Virus record (IMG/VR): IMGVR_UViG_3300007871_000062
Length of the DNA stretch: 20,000 nt
DNA from: an uncultured virus (IMG/VR IMGVR_UViG_3300007871_000062)
Taxonomy: Duplodnaviria > Heunggongvirae > Uroviricota > Caudoviricetes
Direction: 5' to 3' (one strand)
The translations under genes were made by a program, and so were the position numbers. The notes below the pieces were generated by a model. It was given only the letters and a program-made list of their open reading frames with translations. It did not search any database and had not been told where the DNA came from. Shown in pieces: positions 1-7,809 of this stretch (its first letter is position 1; the number at the start of each line of letters is the position of its first letter).

Positions 1-332
1 TCGTATTCCTGTAAAACATAGTGTGGTACACGTGAACTAATTTCAATTGTAAAATTAGTAGGGCCATAGATTGATTTTACCATCCCCATAGGTTGTCCTA
101 AATGTGTGCGACTCTTAACAACAGGCATAATATCAATATGGCCACCAACTTCTTCAGCCACATTTAACAATGAACCACGTGCCATTCCTGACCAAACGGG
201 AACTCGACCCGTCACAGCATGTAACCAAGTTTTTGTTACACGTTGTAACTCGCTTTTCAAATGAGCCTCTAAGCGTCTTTGAAAAGCACTAAGATCGAGT
301 TTTGCTCCCGTGAAATGGCCGGTAAATTTCAT
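1..332 (-). CDS. HK97 gp10-like neck/tail-completion protein (partial, runs off the left edge; not in ORF track)
   Basis: Hand translation from ATG at 332: MKFTGHFTGAKLDLSAFQRRLEAHLKSELQRVTKTWLHAVTGRVPVWSGMARGSLLNV...SSRVPHYVLQEY, open to position 1. PVxSGxxRxS and vPxYxxxEy match the HK97 gp10 family pattern. The ATG overlaps the TGA of the frameshifted chaperone (ATGA). Confidence 0.7.
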   Translation of the reverse strand, partial: MKFTGHFTGAKLDLSAFQRRLEAHLKSELQRVTKTWLHAVTGRVPVWSGMARGSLLNVAEEVGGHIDIMPVVKSRTHLGQPMGMVKSIYGPTNFTIEISSRVPHYVLQEY

Positions 333-984
333 ACTTGCAATGTTACTTTCGGGTCTTCCAGTGTACGCACTTGATCAAATCCTATTAAATCACTTTGTAC
401 ATCGATATTACAATCATCCCAAGCCTCTTTAACCCCAGGTGGTCTTACTCTGGAACGTTCACAGGCTCGCCAGATGGCATAATACTCAGTACGACCGGCG
501 GGGAGGTAAATTCTTCTTGTTGTGCCTCCCGCTGAAGTAAAAAACGTTCACGCGCGGCTTGAACCTTCGCCTCCGAAAGTGCATTAACCGCAATAGCACC
601 ACCAATAATGCGATTAATTTCGACCTCATTAAAGCCAGAGTCTTTCAATTCTTCGCGTAGAAGTAGCCATGTAGATGAATCTGAAAGATCCACCTTCTCC
701 CATTCTAAATTTTCAGTAGCTTCGAGTGATTTCAAAATTGTCCAAGCGACACGTTGTTCGGCATAATGATCCAACGCCTTTACAAAAGCTGGATCACTCA
801 TATTCGGAACATCTGTACCACCTTTTATTTTTCTCATCGGCGGTTTTGGTGCTGGACACATTTTTTCAAACACATCCATATCAAGAACAGCCTCAACATT
901 AAGAATAATGTCTTCGCCGTTACCGCGAGGAATTACAATAACATCTCGATTCGGCCCTTCGATCCTTTGACCGTTAAGTTTCAT
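329..984 (-). CDS. Tail assembly chaperone, long gpGT-like form made by -1 ribosomal frameshift at 538-544
   Basis: After T-TTT-TTA the -1 frame is open for 69 codons (TSAGGTTRRIYLPAGRTEYYAIWRACERSRVRPPGVKEAWDDCNIDVQSDLIGFDQVRTLEDPKVTLQV*). It ends at TGA 329-331, overlapping the next ATG, and fills the otherwise empty 333-444 gap. Confidence 0.8.
445..984 (-). CDS. Tail assembly chaperone (gpG-like, short form)
   Basis: 179-aa ORF directly downstream of the major tail gene (TAATG overlap at 984), with a slippery heptamer near its 3' end. Confidence 0.75.
   Translation of the reverse strand: MKLNGQRIEGPNRDVIVIPRGNGEDIILNVEAVLDMDVFEKMCPAPKPPMRKIKGGTDVPNMSDPAFVKALDHYAEQRVAWTILKSLEATENLEWEKVDLSDSSTWLLLREELKDSGFNEVEINRIIGGAIAVNALSEAKVQAARERFLLQREAQQEEFTSPPVVLSIMPSGEPVNVPE
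498..544 (-). promoter_or_regulatory. Programmed -1 frameshift signal: slippery heptamer T TTT TTA plus downstream stem-loop
   Basis: The minus strand reads CGT TTT TTA CTTCA GCGGGAGG-N18-CCTCCCCGC: an X XXY YYZ heptamer in the correct frame, a 5-nt spacer, then a GC-rich stem with one bulged C. Confidence 0.8.
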
Positions 985-2057
985 TACGTGTACCTATGGA
1001 TTTCTGGTTCTAAGATGTTGCACTTACCGGAAGCTGAAACTTGCGAATCATTGATATTATGATCAAGTGCTTCAACACGAAAATCTGCAAAAACAAACTT
1101 TTCTTTTGCATTAGTGGTCGAGCAAGCAGGAACATTCCATATTTCAATAATAACACTCTTCGGTTCACATTCATCATCCGCACTACTTACCCAATCAGCT
1201 GCCGGTCCAGTTCCTTTCAGAGCTTCCTCGATAGTAGGTACAGCGGCACCACAAACAGAACTAATATAGTCCCACTCAAAATCAAAAGACAATTCAAGCG
1301 GCTCTTGATCTGCATTTCTCACAGTATTCAAGAGTCCACGATTCTTTCGGTATTCACGATTATACGTCTCTTTGTAATTCGCATTACCTTCACCAATTAC
1401 AATCTCGATCTTTCGGCCTTTGAAATGTACCAAGCCACCAGCAGTCGTAGCTGTCAATACACCCGGAGTAATAACCAGATCCGTGGTTGCTGTCGGTGCG
1501 ACACCGGGCGTGTCAATAGTCAAAACTGCATCTTGATTATCAGTATAATCCTGAAGCGTGAGATCGTCAGTAATCGTAAGAGGTTGATCACCAAGAGTAC
1601 CTGAGAACGTGATAATCCAATCAGGCGGCGGCGTACCAGCAGCTGCGACTGTTCCTTCGCCTACCGGAACATTACAAAGTGCCTCAAGAGCCAACTCAAC
1701 AGTAGCAGCGGCCGCATCATACGCAATTGGTTCAGTGACTTCGCCGCGAAACGTGAGCGTAAATGTTCCAGCAGTAGCCGTGCCAGGATCCGCATGAAAA
1801 ATAGTGTCAGTGCCACCAGTTCGAGTCGCACTAGCAACAGTATACTCTTCATCGGGTTCATTGCCGAAAGTAACGCAAGCACCATCAGGAACATTCAAAC
1901 CACAATCTGACAAAGCGATAGCTGTAGTACCAATTGCTTCAATATCTGTAGTAGTAGGCGTTTGATCACCATTATCAAAACCATCTCGAATATACATAAA
2001 TGTTTCTTTCAAATCAATTGGGGCAAACGCAACGAATTGCGGTTTTGCTTTTAGCAT
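984..2057 (-). CDS. Major tail (tube) protein with inserted accessory domains
   Basis: Lies between a tail-terminator-like gene and the frameshifting chaperone. The C-terminal half has tube-like beta strands (IGEGNANYKE..RG.L.TVR.ADQEPLELSFDFEW...SASGKC). The central insert AGTFTLTFRGEVTEPIAYDAAAATVELALEAL is typical of tail-tube accessory domains. RBS AGGAG upstream. Confidence 0.8.
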   Translation of the reverse strand: MLKAKPQFVAFAPIDLKETFMYIRDGFDNGDQTPTTTDIEAIGTTAIALSDCGLNVPDGACVTFGNEPDEEYTVASATRTGGTDTIFHADPGTATAGTFTLTFRGEVTEPIAYDAAAATVELALEALCNVPVGEGTVAAAGTPPPDWIITFSGTLGDQPLTITDDLTLQDYTDNQDAVLTIDTPGVAPTATTDLVITPGVLTATTAGGLVHFKGRKIEIVIGEGNANYKETYNREYRKNRGLLNTVRNADQEPLELSFDFEWDYISSVCGAAVPTIEEALKGTGPAADWVSSADDECEPKSVIIEIWNVPACSTTNAKEKFVFADFRVEALDHNINDSQVSASGKCNILEPEIHRYT

Positions 2058-2066
2058 TGTTGACTC

Positions 2067-2522
2067 CTACGTGGTTAGATGCATCTTGTATGTTCCTTCT
2101 ACCGTACCTTGTACAATATCAGTATCCGGACGAATTTTACCAAATTGATTAGTACGAACAGAATTATTTTTATCCATCACAACTTGTAATACACCGAGGA
2201 AAGTATCCCCGTCCCCATAACGGTAAACACAGATACTTTGTAATGTTTGTGCTATTAACCCGGCCAATATTTGTGGACCATACATCGTCGTTTTACTCAT
2301 ATGACATGTGAATAGTACATTGATTTCAAAATCAAGCTTAAAATAACCTTTACTTAATTCTCGAATATGTGGACCGTCAGTTCGTAACTCAATGTACTCA
2401 GAGTAATTTTGTGTTTTACGCTCCTGTCCCTCAATAAATAAGTGTACGCCATTGTCATCCGCCATTGTCTGAAAAACTTTGAGAACAGATATTTGAATCC
2501 AGCGTGACCAATTTTCATTCAT
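2067..2522 (-). CDS. Tail terminator / tail completion protein (putative)
   Basis: 151 aa, immediately upstream of the major tail gene. Size, position and alpha/beta pattern fit lambda gpU / SPP1 gp17-type terminators. Confidence 0.55.
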   Translation of the reverse strand: MNENWSRWIQISVLKVFQTMADDNGVHLFIEGQERKTQNYSEYIELRTDGPHIRELSKGYFKLDFEINVLFTCHMSKTTMYGPQILAGLIAQTLQSICVYRYGDGDTFLGVLQVVMDKNNSVRTNQFGKIRPDTDIVQGTVEGTYKMHLTT

Positions 2523-3013
2523 GTTTTCACCGCGGCTGTTGAATCAGTGGCAATTATAGTTTCTTCAATAGTTTGATTCGATGGATCTTCTAACACTTGA
2601 CCAACAACGTGACGCATTTTAACACCAAAAATTGTCTCTTCAATAAAATCTTGTATTTCAACAACTATGTATTCTTCATTATTGTAGATTACTCTGTCAT
2701 CAATGGCTATTTCGTCAATATCACGTACATCCAAAAAGATTACACGATCAGTCGGATCAAAAAAGCTACCAGTCATAAAATTCTTGTTCGAGGCGACATA
2801 AGTTAAATCATACACAAATGACCGAAAATTACGTGCCGGTAGAAAAATAGCTCGTTTTATACTATGATAACTAAAAGTTGGTCGTTTCGTGCCGTTTATT
2901 AAATCTACATCAACGCTTAATGTTTTTACAATCAATATTTGAAAGCCGTAATCACGTTTAAGATCATAGACAAGCTGTCGTAGGAACCGTGCGTTTTTAC
3001 GGCGTTCACGCAT
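2519..3013 (-). CDS. Head closure / head-tail joining protein (putative); start revised to ATG 3013
   Basis: The first 25 codons of the track ORF overlap the upstream gene. ATG 3013 overlaps its TAA (TAATG) and gives a 164-aa protein (MRERRKNARF...). The IAIDDRVIYNNEEYIVVEI motif is typical of SPP1 gp16-like stopper proteins. Confidence 0.55.
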   Translation of the reverse strand: MRERRKNARFLRQLVYDLKRDYGFQILIVKTLSVDVDLINGTKRPTFSYHSIKRAIFLPARNFRSFVYDLTYVASNKNFMTGSFFDPTDRVIFLDVRDIDEIAIDDRVIYNNEEYIVVEIQDFIEETIFGVKMRHVVGQVLEDPSNQTIEETIIATDSTAAVKT

Positions 3014-3249
3014 TAGAGAAGATACCTTACAAGAATAGCACCAACAACAGTGGCCGTGATAGTAGCACCACCACCAATAATTGTCCAAAGAATACGATTA
3101 TGTGCTTTCTTTGATTGCTCTAAACGATCAACACGTAAAAAGAGACCAGGCTTATCAACATCACTAGGATCACCACTCAAGGCTGCTACAATACTATCAA
3201 GTTGTCTTTTGATGTAATCCAATTGCAATAGAATTTTTTCTTCATTCAT
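3013..3249 (-). CDS. Small coiled-coil protein with C-terminal transmembrane helix (XhlA/holin-accessory-like, function unknown)
   Basis: 78 aa. LSGDPSDVDKPGLFLRVDRLEQ is followed by the hydrophobic ILWTIIGGGATITATVVGAILV. RBS GGAGAG upstream. Confidence 0.55.
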   Translation of the reverse strand: MNEEKILLQLDYIKRQLDSIVAALSGDPSDVDKPGLFLRVDRLEQSKKAHNRILWTIIGGGATITATVVGAILVRYLL

Positions 3250-3260
3250 GTTACTCTCCA

Positions 3261-3286
3261 GAAAAAGAAGCGGCTTCCGTGCCGCT
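3261..3286 (-). terminator. Rho-independent terminator after the major capsid gene
   Basis: Minus strand AGCGGC-ACGGAA-GCCGCT-TCTTTTT, starting 6 nt after the capsid stop codon. Confidence 0.75.
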
Positions 3287-3292
3287 ATGTGG

Positions 3293-4729
3293 TTATCGTA
3301 TCAGAACAGCGCCACGGTCCACGTCAAGAACTTCCACTCCACAGAGTAGATCCATAGTCACAAGATGACCTTGTGCAGTACCATCATAGGTGATGACTAC
3401 ACGCATAGCCAAATCATTATACGAACTCACACCAGAAAGTGCAGTACCAGCCTTCGGCAACGCCAACGGACGCACAACCAAAGCTACAGCACCCTCATCA
3501 AAAGCAAAATTAAATTGTCCAATCGGGCCGAAATCAACCATATCGTCATCAACCAATGCTGCTTCAAGCGGACGGTCGAGAGTAATGAAATAATCAGCGC
3601 CATTGGCGTCAACAGCAATAATACAATACTCGCCCGTGATTACCACATTCGTAGCAGCATCAGATGCAAATCCAACAAGCTGACCGACTTGCGGAACAAC
3701 ACCCTCAGCACTGTCTACATTGATTTGCTTATCATAACCAATCGGGTATTCAGTTACACCAGCATGGCCGGGCAAATCAATAGTACCACGAGTATAGTAA
3801 TTAACATCAGTATTATCAGCCAAAGCTGTAAGCAAAGGACGATCAAGCGTCAATTTTGTGGCAGCAACCGTAGTCAAACGATACACACCGCCATCATCCT
3901 CAAAAGTAACATACATACCAGGTTGCATGATATTAGTAGCATCAGTCACAACAGTAAAGCTCGTATCACCAGCAGCAATATCCGCTTGATTAATATCACC
4001 TTCAGCACCATCAGTAGGCGTGGTGTACGTACCAGTCGGAATAGACGAAACATTTTGACACATGAACGTATTGAAGCCAAGCTTTCTACCGAGGGATGCT
4101 TCTCGCAGAGCAGTACCCTGGTCACCAACTTTTTCAGCACTAATGAACAGATCAAGCTTCAAAGCTTCCGTTTCTGTGACCGGGCTCAAAATCAGATTAC
4201 GACCGATCGCGGGAACCTTGTTCACATTCATCTTATTACGTGTATCGAGAATAGCGTCCTTAATATCATCAGCAGTCACATCGGGATCAATAGCGACCTG
4301 GTTATCAAGAAATTGATAGACCTGGCCGAGTAAAATACGATCAATATGCTCTGCCAAACTCTTAGCTGCTGGTTGCAAGTACGTTTTAACAAGATCCTGA
4401 AAAGAGAGACTCTCTTCACCATCTCTAATCATGAATGAAGTATGAACATGCTGATCCAATGTAACAGGAACATTCGTAGCGGTTGCGGCCTGGACCGTAA
4501 TATCGTCATTTACGCCCTTACGTCGAGCAGTAAACGTACCCGGCTTACGCGTATTAACAACATCACCAAAAGTAGCAATTTCGTCACTAAAATCAGAGTG
4601 AACAAGTCTACCAATAACCATATTCTCTTCAAGAATAGCCAACGACTCAGCGGCCCAAACTTCGGGTACCCAAGCGCGATCATTGGTATCAAAATCATTA
4701 TCAAAAGCTACAAAACTAAGAGTTTTCAT
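3293..4729 (-). CDS. Major capsid protein, P22 coat-like (HK97 fold), with a duplicated insertion domain
   Basis: 478 aa. Motifs PEVWAAESLAILEENMV, GDVVNTRKP, VTLDQH, G.LGRKLGF..FMCQN, FAFDEGAVALVVRPL and DLLCGVEVLD. Follows the scaffold and precedes a terminator. RBS TAAGGA. Confidence 0.92.
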   Translation of the reverse strand: MKTLSFVAFDNDFDTNDRAWVPEVWAAESLAILEENMVIGRLVHSDFSDEIATFGDVVNTRKPGTFTARRKGVNDDITVQAATATNVPVTLDQHVHTSFMIRDGEESLSFQDLVKTYLQPAAKSLAEHIDRILLGQVYQFLDNQVAIDPDVTADDIKDAILDTRNKMNVNKVPAIGRNLILSPVTETEALKLDLFISAEKVGDQGTALREASLGRKLGFNTFMCQNVSSIPTGTYTTPTDGAEGDINQADIAAGDTSFTVVTDATNIMQPGMYVTFEDDGGVYRLTTVAATKLTLDRPLLTALADNTDVNYYTRGTIDLPGHAGVTEYPIGYDKQINVDSAEGVVPQVGQLVGFASDAATNVVITGEYCIIAVDANGADYFITLDRPLEAALVDDDMVDFGPIGQFNFAFDEGAVALVVRPLALPKAGTALSGVSSYNDLAMRVVITYDGTAQGHLVTMDLLCGVEVLDVDRGAVLIR

Positions 4730-4773
4730 TTTTTTCCTTATCTGGGGTTAGGGTTTCCAACCCGGAATATTCC

Positions 4774-5517
4774 CTACCGCCCAAAGAGTTCCGGTCGCTC
4801 TTTACGCAGTTTTCGGTACTGAGCAGGATCGTTTTTCGCGACTTGAACAAGATCAATATCACCCTTCTTACCTTTATTACCTGAGCCACCAACACCACTA
4901 AATTTACTATTTGTAAATAAATTACCGCATGATTCAAGTTCAGACATTCGTTTGACGGCTTCCGGTACAGTAAGATCAAGAGTGATAGGTTTTCCGTCCT
5001 TGTCCATATCCTTAAACGCTACTCTTGCCTCAAAAGTACCACTCGGTTTGCCGGCATCATCAGTTTTTTCTGTCAATTTTGTCGCAGGTCGCAATAATGC
5101 TGTAATTTGCTCCGTTGCAACAGCCTTATTTGCGACTGCAGCTTGGGCAATTTCTACATCAATAGTTGCTTCTGTATAACGTGATTGCCAAGTGTCGCGG
5201 TCGGTTGACAGTGTTTTTACTTGAGTTTCATGTGCATCCTTGGCTTTTTCTGCTGACTGCCGCGCTCGTTCCTCAGTCGTCATATATTTAGTTTGCAGTT
5301 CATCAATTTGTTTTTGCAAATCTTCACGCTCTTCGGCACTCAACGCTACACTTTTCTTAGCTTCCGCTAATTGATCGGCTAATTGGCGTTGAACATCTTG
5401 CGTCTTACGCTTTTCTCTTGCAAGAAAAGTGTTAACATCATCTTGATTAAATATCTTTTCATCCTTTTTCTTAGCAGCAGCAGAATCATCACCTTCGAAA
5501 CAAACAAAACTCTTCAT
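4774..5517 (-). CDS. Capsid scaffolding protein
   Basis: 247 aa, charged and coiled-coil, with an FNQDDVN motif near the N-terminus and a Gly-rich linker plus basic helix at the C-terminus (GVGGSGNKG...YRKLRKE). Directly upstream of the capsid gene. Confidence 0.8.
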   Translation of the reverse strand: MKSFVCFEGDDSAAAKKKDEKIFNQDDVNTFLAREKRKTQDVQRQLADQLAEAKKSVALSAEEREDLQKQIDELQTKYMTTEERARQSAEKAKDAHETQVKTLSTDRDTWQSRYTEATIDVEIAQAAVANKAVATEQITALLRPATKLTEKTDDAGKPSGTFEARVAFKDMDKDGKPITLDLTVPEAVKRMSELESCGNLFTNSKFSGVGGSGNKGKKGDIDLVQVAKNDPAQYRKLRKERPELFGR

Positions 5518-5528
5518 GGTTATTACTC

Positions 5529-5993
5529 CTAGGATACCCTATGAATTTTTACAGTTCCAGACGCCTTGAGATACGGTTTGAGATATTGCCAAGCATAGGC
5601 GCTTGGAATACCTGCCGCAAAATGCGCTGGAACCTCCTCGCGAGCATAGGTGGTTCTCGCTGAGGATATGCCTCTAGCTACAACAGCTAAATTTTCTAAT
5701 TCCAAATCAGGATCAACACCATCGAGTAAAGCAAATGCGACTTCATAACAAGCGATTTTAATATCATCAGGAACTTCTTCATCCCCTACAGCTTCATCAC
5801 CATAGTATCGTGGAAATTCTTCAGTCTGATCGGAATCAACTTTCGTACCAGCAAACTTGAGTCTATCGATACGTGCTGATGCTTCCAAAAGTGCTTTTGT
5901 TTTGTCACTATTTGTTGATGCCGTCCACTCACCGACATGAAGTCGAGTAAGAAAATAAGTGTCTGCGTTAGCATATGTGTCGTAAGCTGCCAT
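5529..5993 (-). CDS. Head-tail adaptor / head completion protein (family often labelled DnaT-like)
   Basis: Motifs Y.TYANADTYF..R, KTKALLEASARID, F.GTK...DQ..EFPR, VPDDIKIACYEVA and LKPYL are typical of this phage family. Confidence 0.75.
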   Translation of the reverse strand: MAAYDTYANADTYFLTRLHVGEWTASTNSDKTKALLEASARIDRLKFAGTKVDSDQTEEFPRYYGDEAVGDEEVPDDIKIACYEVAFALLDGVDPDLELENLAVVARGISSARTTYAREEVPAHFAAGIPSAYAWQYLKPYLKASGTVKIHRVS

Positions 5994-6001
5994 GTTTCTC
6001 C

Positions 6002-7078
6002 TTAGAATTTATTAAAATAGCGTGACAAACAAAAATCAAGAGGTATATTATCGAAACCATATCCAATTTGTCCAACAGCCGTACTATTAAATGGAATACC
6101 GTAGATTACACCATTTGGTGCTAAAATTCCACTCGTCCATTTATCGCCACCGGCTAAATTACCAAAGGTTGTAGCAGTATCAGTGGTAGGATCAATTTCT
6201 AAAACTGCCGTACTATCCCACGGAATACCGTAAATCTTACCATTTGGTGCCAAGACACCACCCATCCATTTACTACCACCAACTAGACTACCAAAGGTTG
6301 ATACAGTGTCAGTAGTAGGATCAATCTTTAGAACAGTTGTACTATCAAACGGAATACCGTAAATCATTCCATTCAGTGCTAAAACACCACCGTACCACTT
6401 AAAATTACCACCTGTAGTACCGATAGTTGTGTGACTATCATCCGATGGATCAATTTTTAGAACAGATCCATGGCTAAATGGAATACCATAAATCATACCA
6501 TTCGGAGCTAAAACGCCGCCTGTAAAAGCATCACTGGTGCCTATAGTACCGAAAGTTGTAGCGGTATCATTAGTGGGATCAATCTTCAAAAATGCATTAT
6601 GATTATAGGGCATACCATAAATCATACCATTCGGAGCTAAAACACCACCACACCATTTAATATCTTGAATAGGCAGACTACCGAAGGTTGAAATAGTGTC
6701 AGTAGTAGGATCAATTTTTAGAACGATTGTCATATCACGTGGAATACAATAAATCATTCCATTTTCAGCTAAGACACCACCTTGATATTTAGCTGTTTCA
6801 ACTATACTACCGAAAGTTGAAGCAGTATTAGTGGTAGGATCAATTTTTAGAACAGTTGAACTTGTGTAAGGCACGCCATAAATCATCCCATTCGGTGCTA
6901 AAACGCCACCAAACCACTTATTAGCACCAGCTAGACTACCAAAAGTTGTGCCAACTCTATTTGTTTGTGGATAAGCTGTACCCCAACGCTTTGAAAATGC
7001 TTCCTTTGTCTTAATCCAATTAGTAGTTTCCCAACTAGGATATGGTGGAACAGGAGTAATCAAAGTATACCCAAACAC
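6002..7078 (-). CDS. Seven-repeat beta-propeller protein, probably virion-associated
   Basis: Seven copies of a 43-aa repeat (KWxGGVLAPNGMIYGIPxxxxxVLKIDPTTDTxxTFG). GTG start lies 6 nt after GGAG. Confidence 0.8.
   Translation of the reverse strand: MFGYTLITPVPPYPSWETTNWIKTKEAFSKRWGTAYPQTNRVGTTFGSLAGANKWFGGVLAPNGMIYGVPYTSSTVLKIDPTTNTASTFGSIVETAKYQGGVLAENGMIYCIPRDMTIVLKIDPTTDTISTFGSLPIQDIKWCGGVLAPNGMIYGMPYNHNAFLKIDPTNDTATTFGTIGTSDAFTGGVLAPNGMIYGIPFSHGSVLKIDPSDDSHTTIGTTGGNFKWYGGVLALNGMIYGIPFDSTTVLKIDPTTDTVSTFGSLVGGSKWMGGVLAPNGKIYGIPWDSTAVLEIDPTTDTATTFGNLAGGDKWTSGILAPNGVIYGIPFNSTAVGQIGYGFDNIPLDFCLSRYFNKF
6075..6950 (-). repeat. Coding tandem repeat, 7 x 129 bp (one 132-bp interval)
   Basis: Equivalent ccatt anchors occur at 6111, 6240, 6369, 6498, 6627, 6759 and 6888. 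Confidence 0.9.
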
Positions 7079-7079
7079 A

Positions 7080-7397
7080 TTACACTCCTATCCAAGTTAA
7101 AATTTGATCTGCAGCTGTTGAAATGGCATACAGATTTTGTAGGTCAGAGAAGGGAAGCATTAAACTGCCGCCTGGAACAATTGGGAACCCCCCCGAGAGC
7201 GGGTCAGAATTCGCTGTCACATTACTTTTTCCAATCCAAATAGTTTTTGTATTATCCGTATTGGCAAGAAAAATAATACCATATTTCAAACGCCTTACTT
7301 GATCATTTAATACACTTGCGGTTACATCAATTACACTATTGCCATGTACGCAATGCTTACTTGCAACTGTTTGAACATTATTGTGTATTCTTAACAT
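7080..7397 (-). CDS. Small beta-rich hypothetical virion protein
   Basis: 105 aa. The pattern ANTDNTKTIWIGKSNV...GFPIVPGGSL.L....LQNLYAIS resembles small phage beta-sandwich decoration/spike-base proteins. Confidence 0.55.
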   Translation of the reverse strand: MLRIHNNVQTVASKHCVHGNSVIDVTASVLNDQVRRLKYGIIFLANTDNTKTIWIGKSNVTANSDPLSGGFPIVPGGSLMLPFSDLQNLYAISTAADQILTWIGV

Positions 7398-7398
7398 A

Positions 7399-7791
7399 TT
7401 ATCTCCAAATTGTTTTGTAACTTGTACCTAATTGACCGTCAGGTAAAAGTGTGTTGACTACAATGTCCCAAGTATTATTAAGTAAAGTGTAATCAACTAT
7501 TTTGGAATAATGATCACCATCTAAATCTAATTTAATTTCAGTATTACCAATTTTACATACAGGGAAATCTGAAATGATAGTGATTTTAATATCGAAAGTT
7601 GTTGTCGTACAATATTCCAAACCATTGTCTGTAAATCTTTTGTCTGTTACTGTTTCTTTAACATCTTGAGGATTAATGTCCGCAATTGAAATTTTACTAT
7701 TGTGTGCAGCAAGAGACAAAATTTTCCGCTGTAAGTCTTTTTGATTAATGAGTGAATCATAATCATTCCAAATGTCTTGAAGGCAACTCAT
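7399..7791 (-). CDS. Hypothetical protein
   Basis: 130-aa ORF with a strong RBS (AAGGAGATATAATG), tightly packed in the operon. Confidence 0.7.
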   Translation of the reverse strand: MSCLQDIWNDYDSLINQKDLQRKILSLAAHNSKISIADINPQDVKETVTDKRFTDNGLEYCTTTTFDIKITIISDFPVCKIGNTEIKLDLDGDHYSKIVDYTLLNNTWDIVVNTLLPDGQLGTSYKTIWR

Positions 7792-7809
7792 TATATCTCC
7801 TTGTAATTC

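Noticed and set aside
754..1797. Plus-strand ORFs of 102, 187 and 62 aa (and similar ones at 4442, 10253, 11294, 11910, 14283, 19424)
   Set aside because: All lie antisense to well-supported minus-strand genes and show no recognisable motifs.
3365..4333. 322-aa plus-strand ORF
   Set aside because: Antisense shadow of the capsid gene; Ile/Ser/Thr/Asn-rich with no motif, as expected from the codon bias of the real gene.
5529..5993. DnaT primosomal protein
   Set aside because: The family label is misleading here; the context among head genes indicates a head-tail adaptor.
6075..6950. CRISPR-like regularly spaced repeats
   Set aside because: The period is a multiple of 3 within one ORF and the repeats vary at synonymous positions; it is a protein repeat. 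The terminal 7-mer array has no spacers either.
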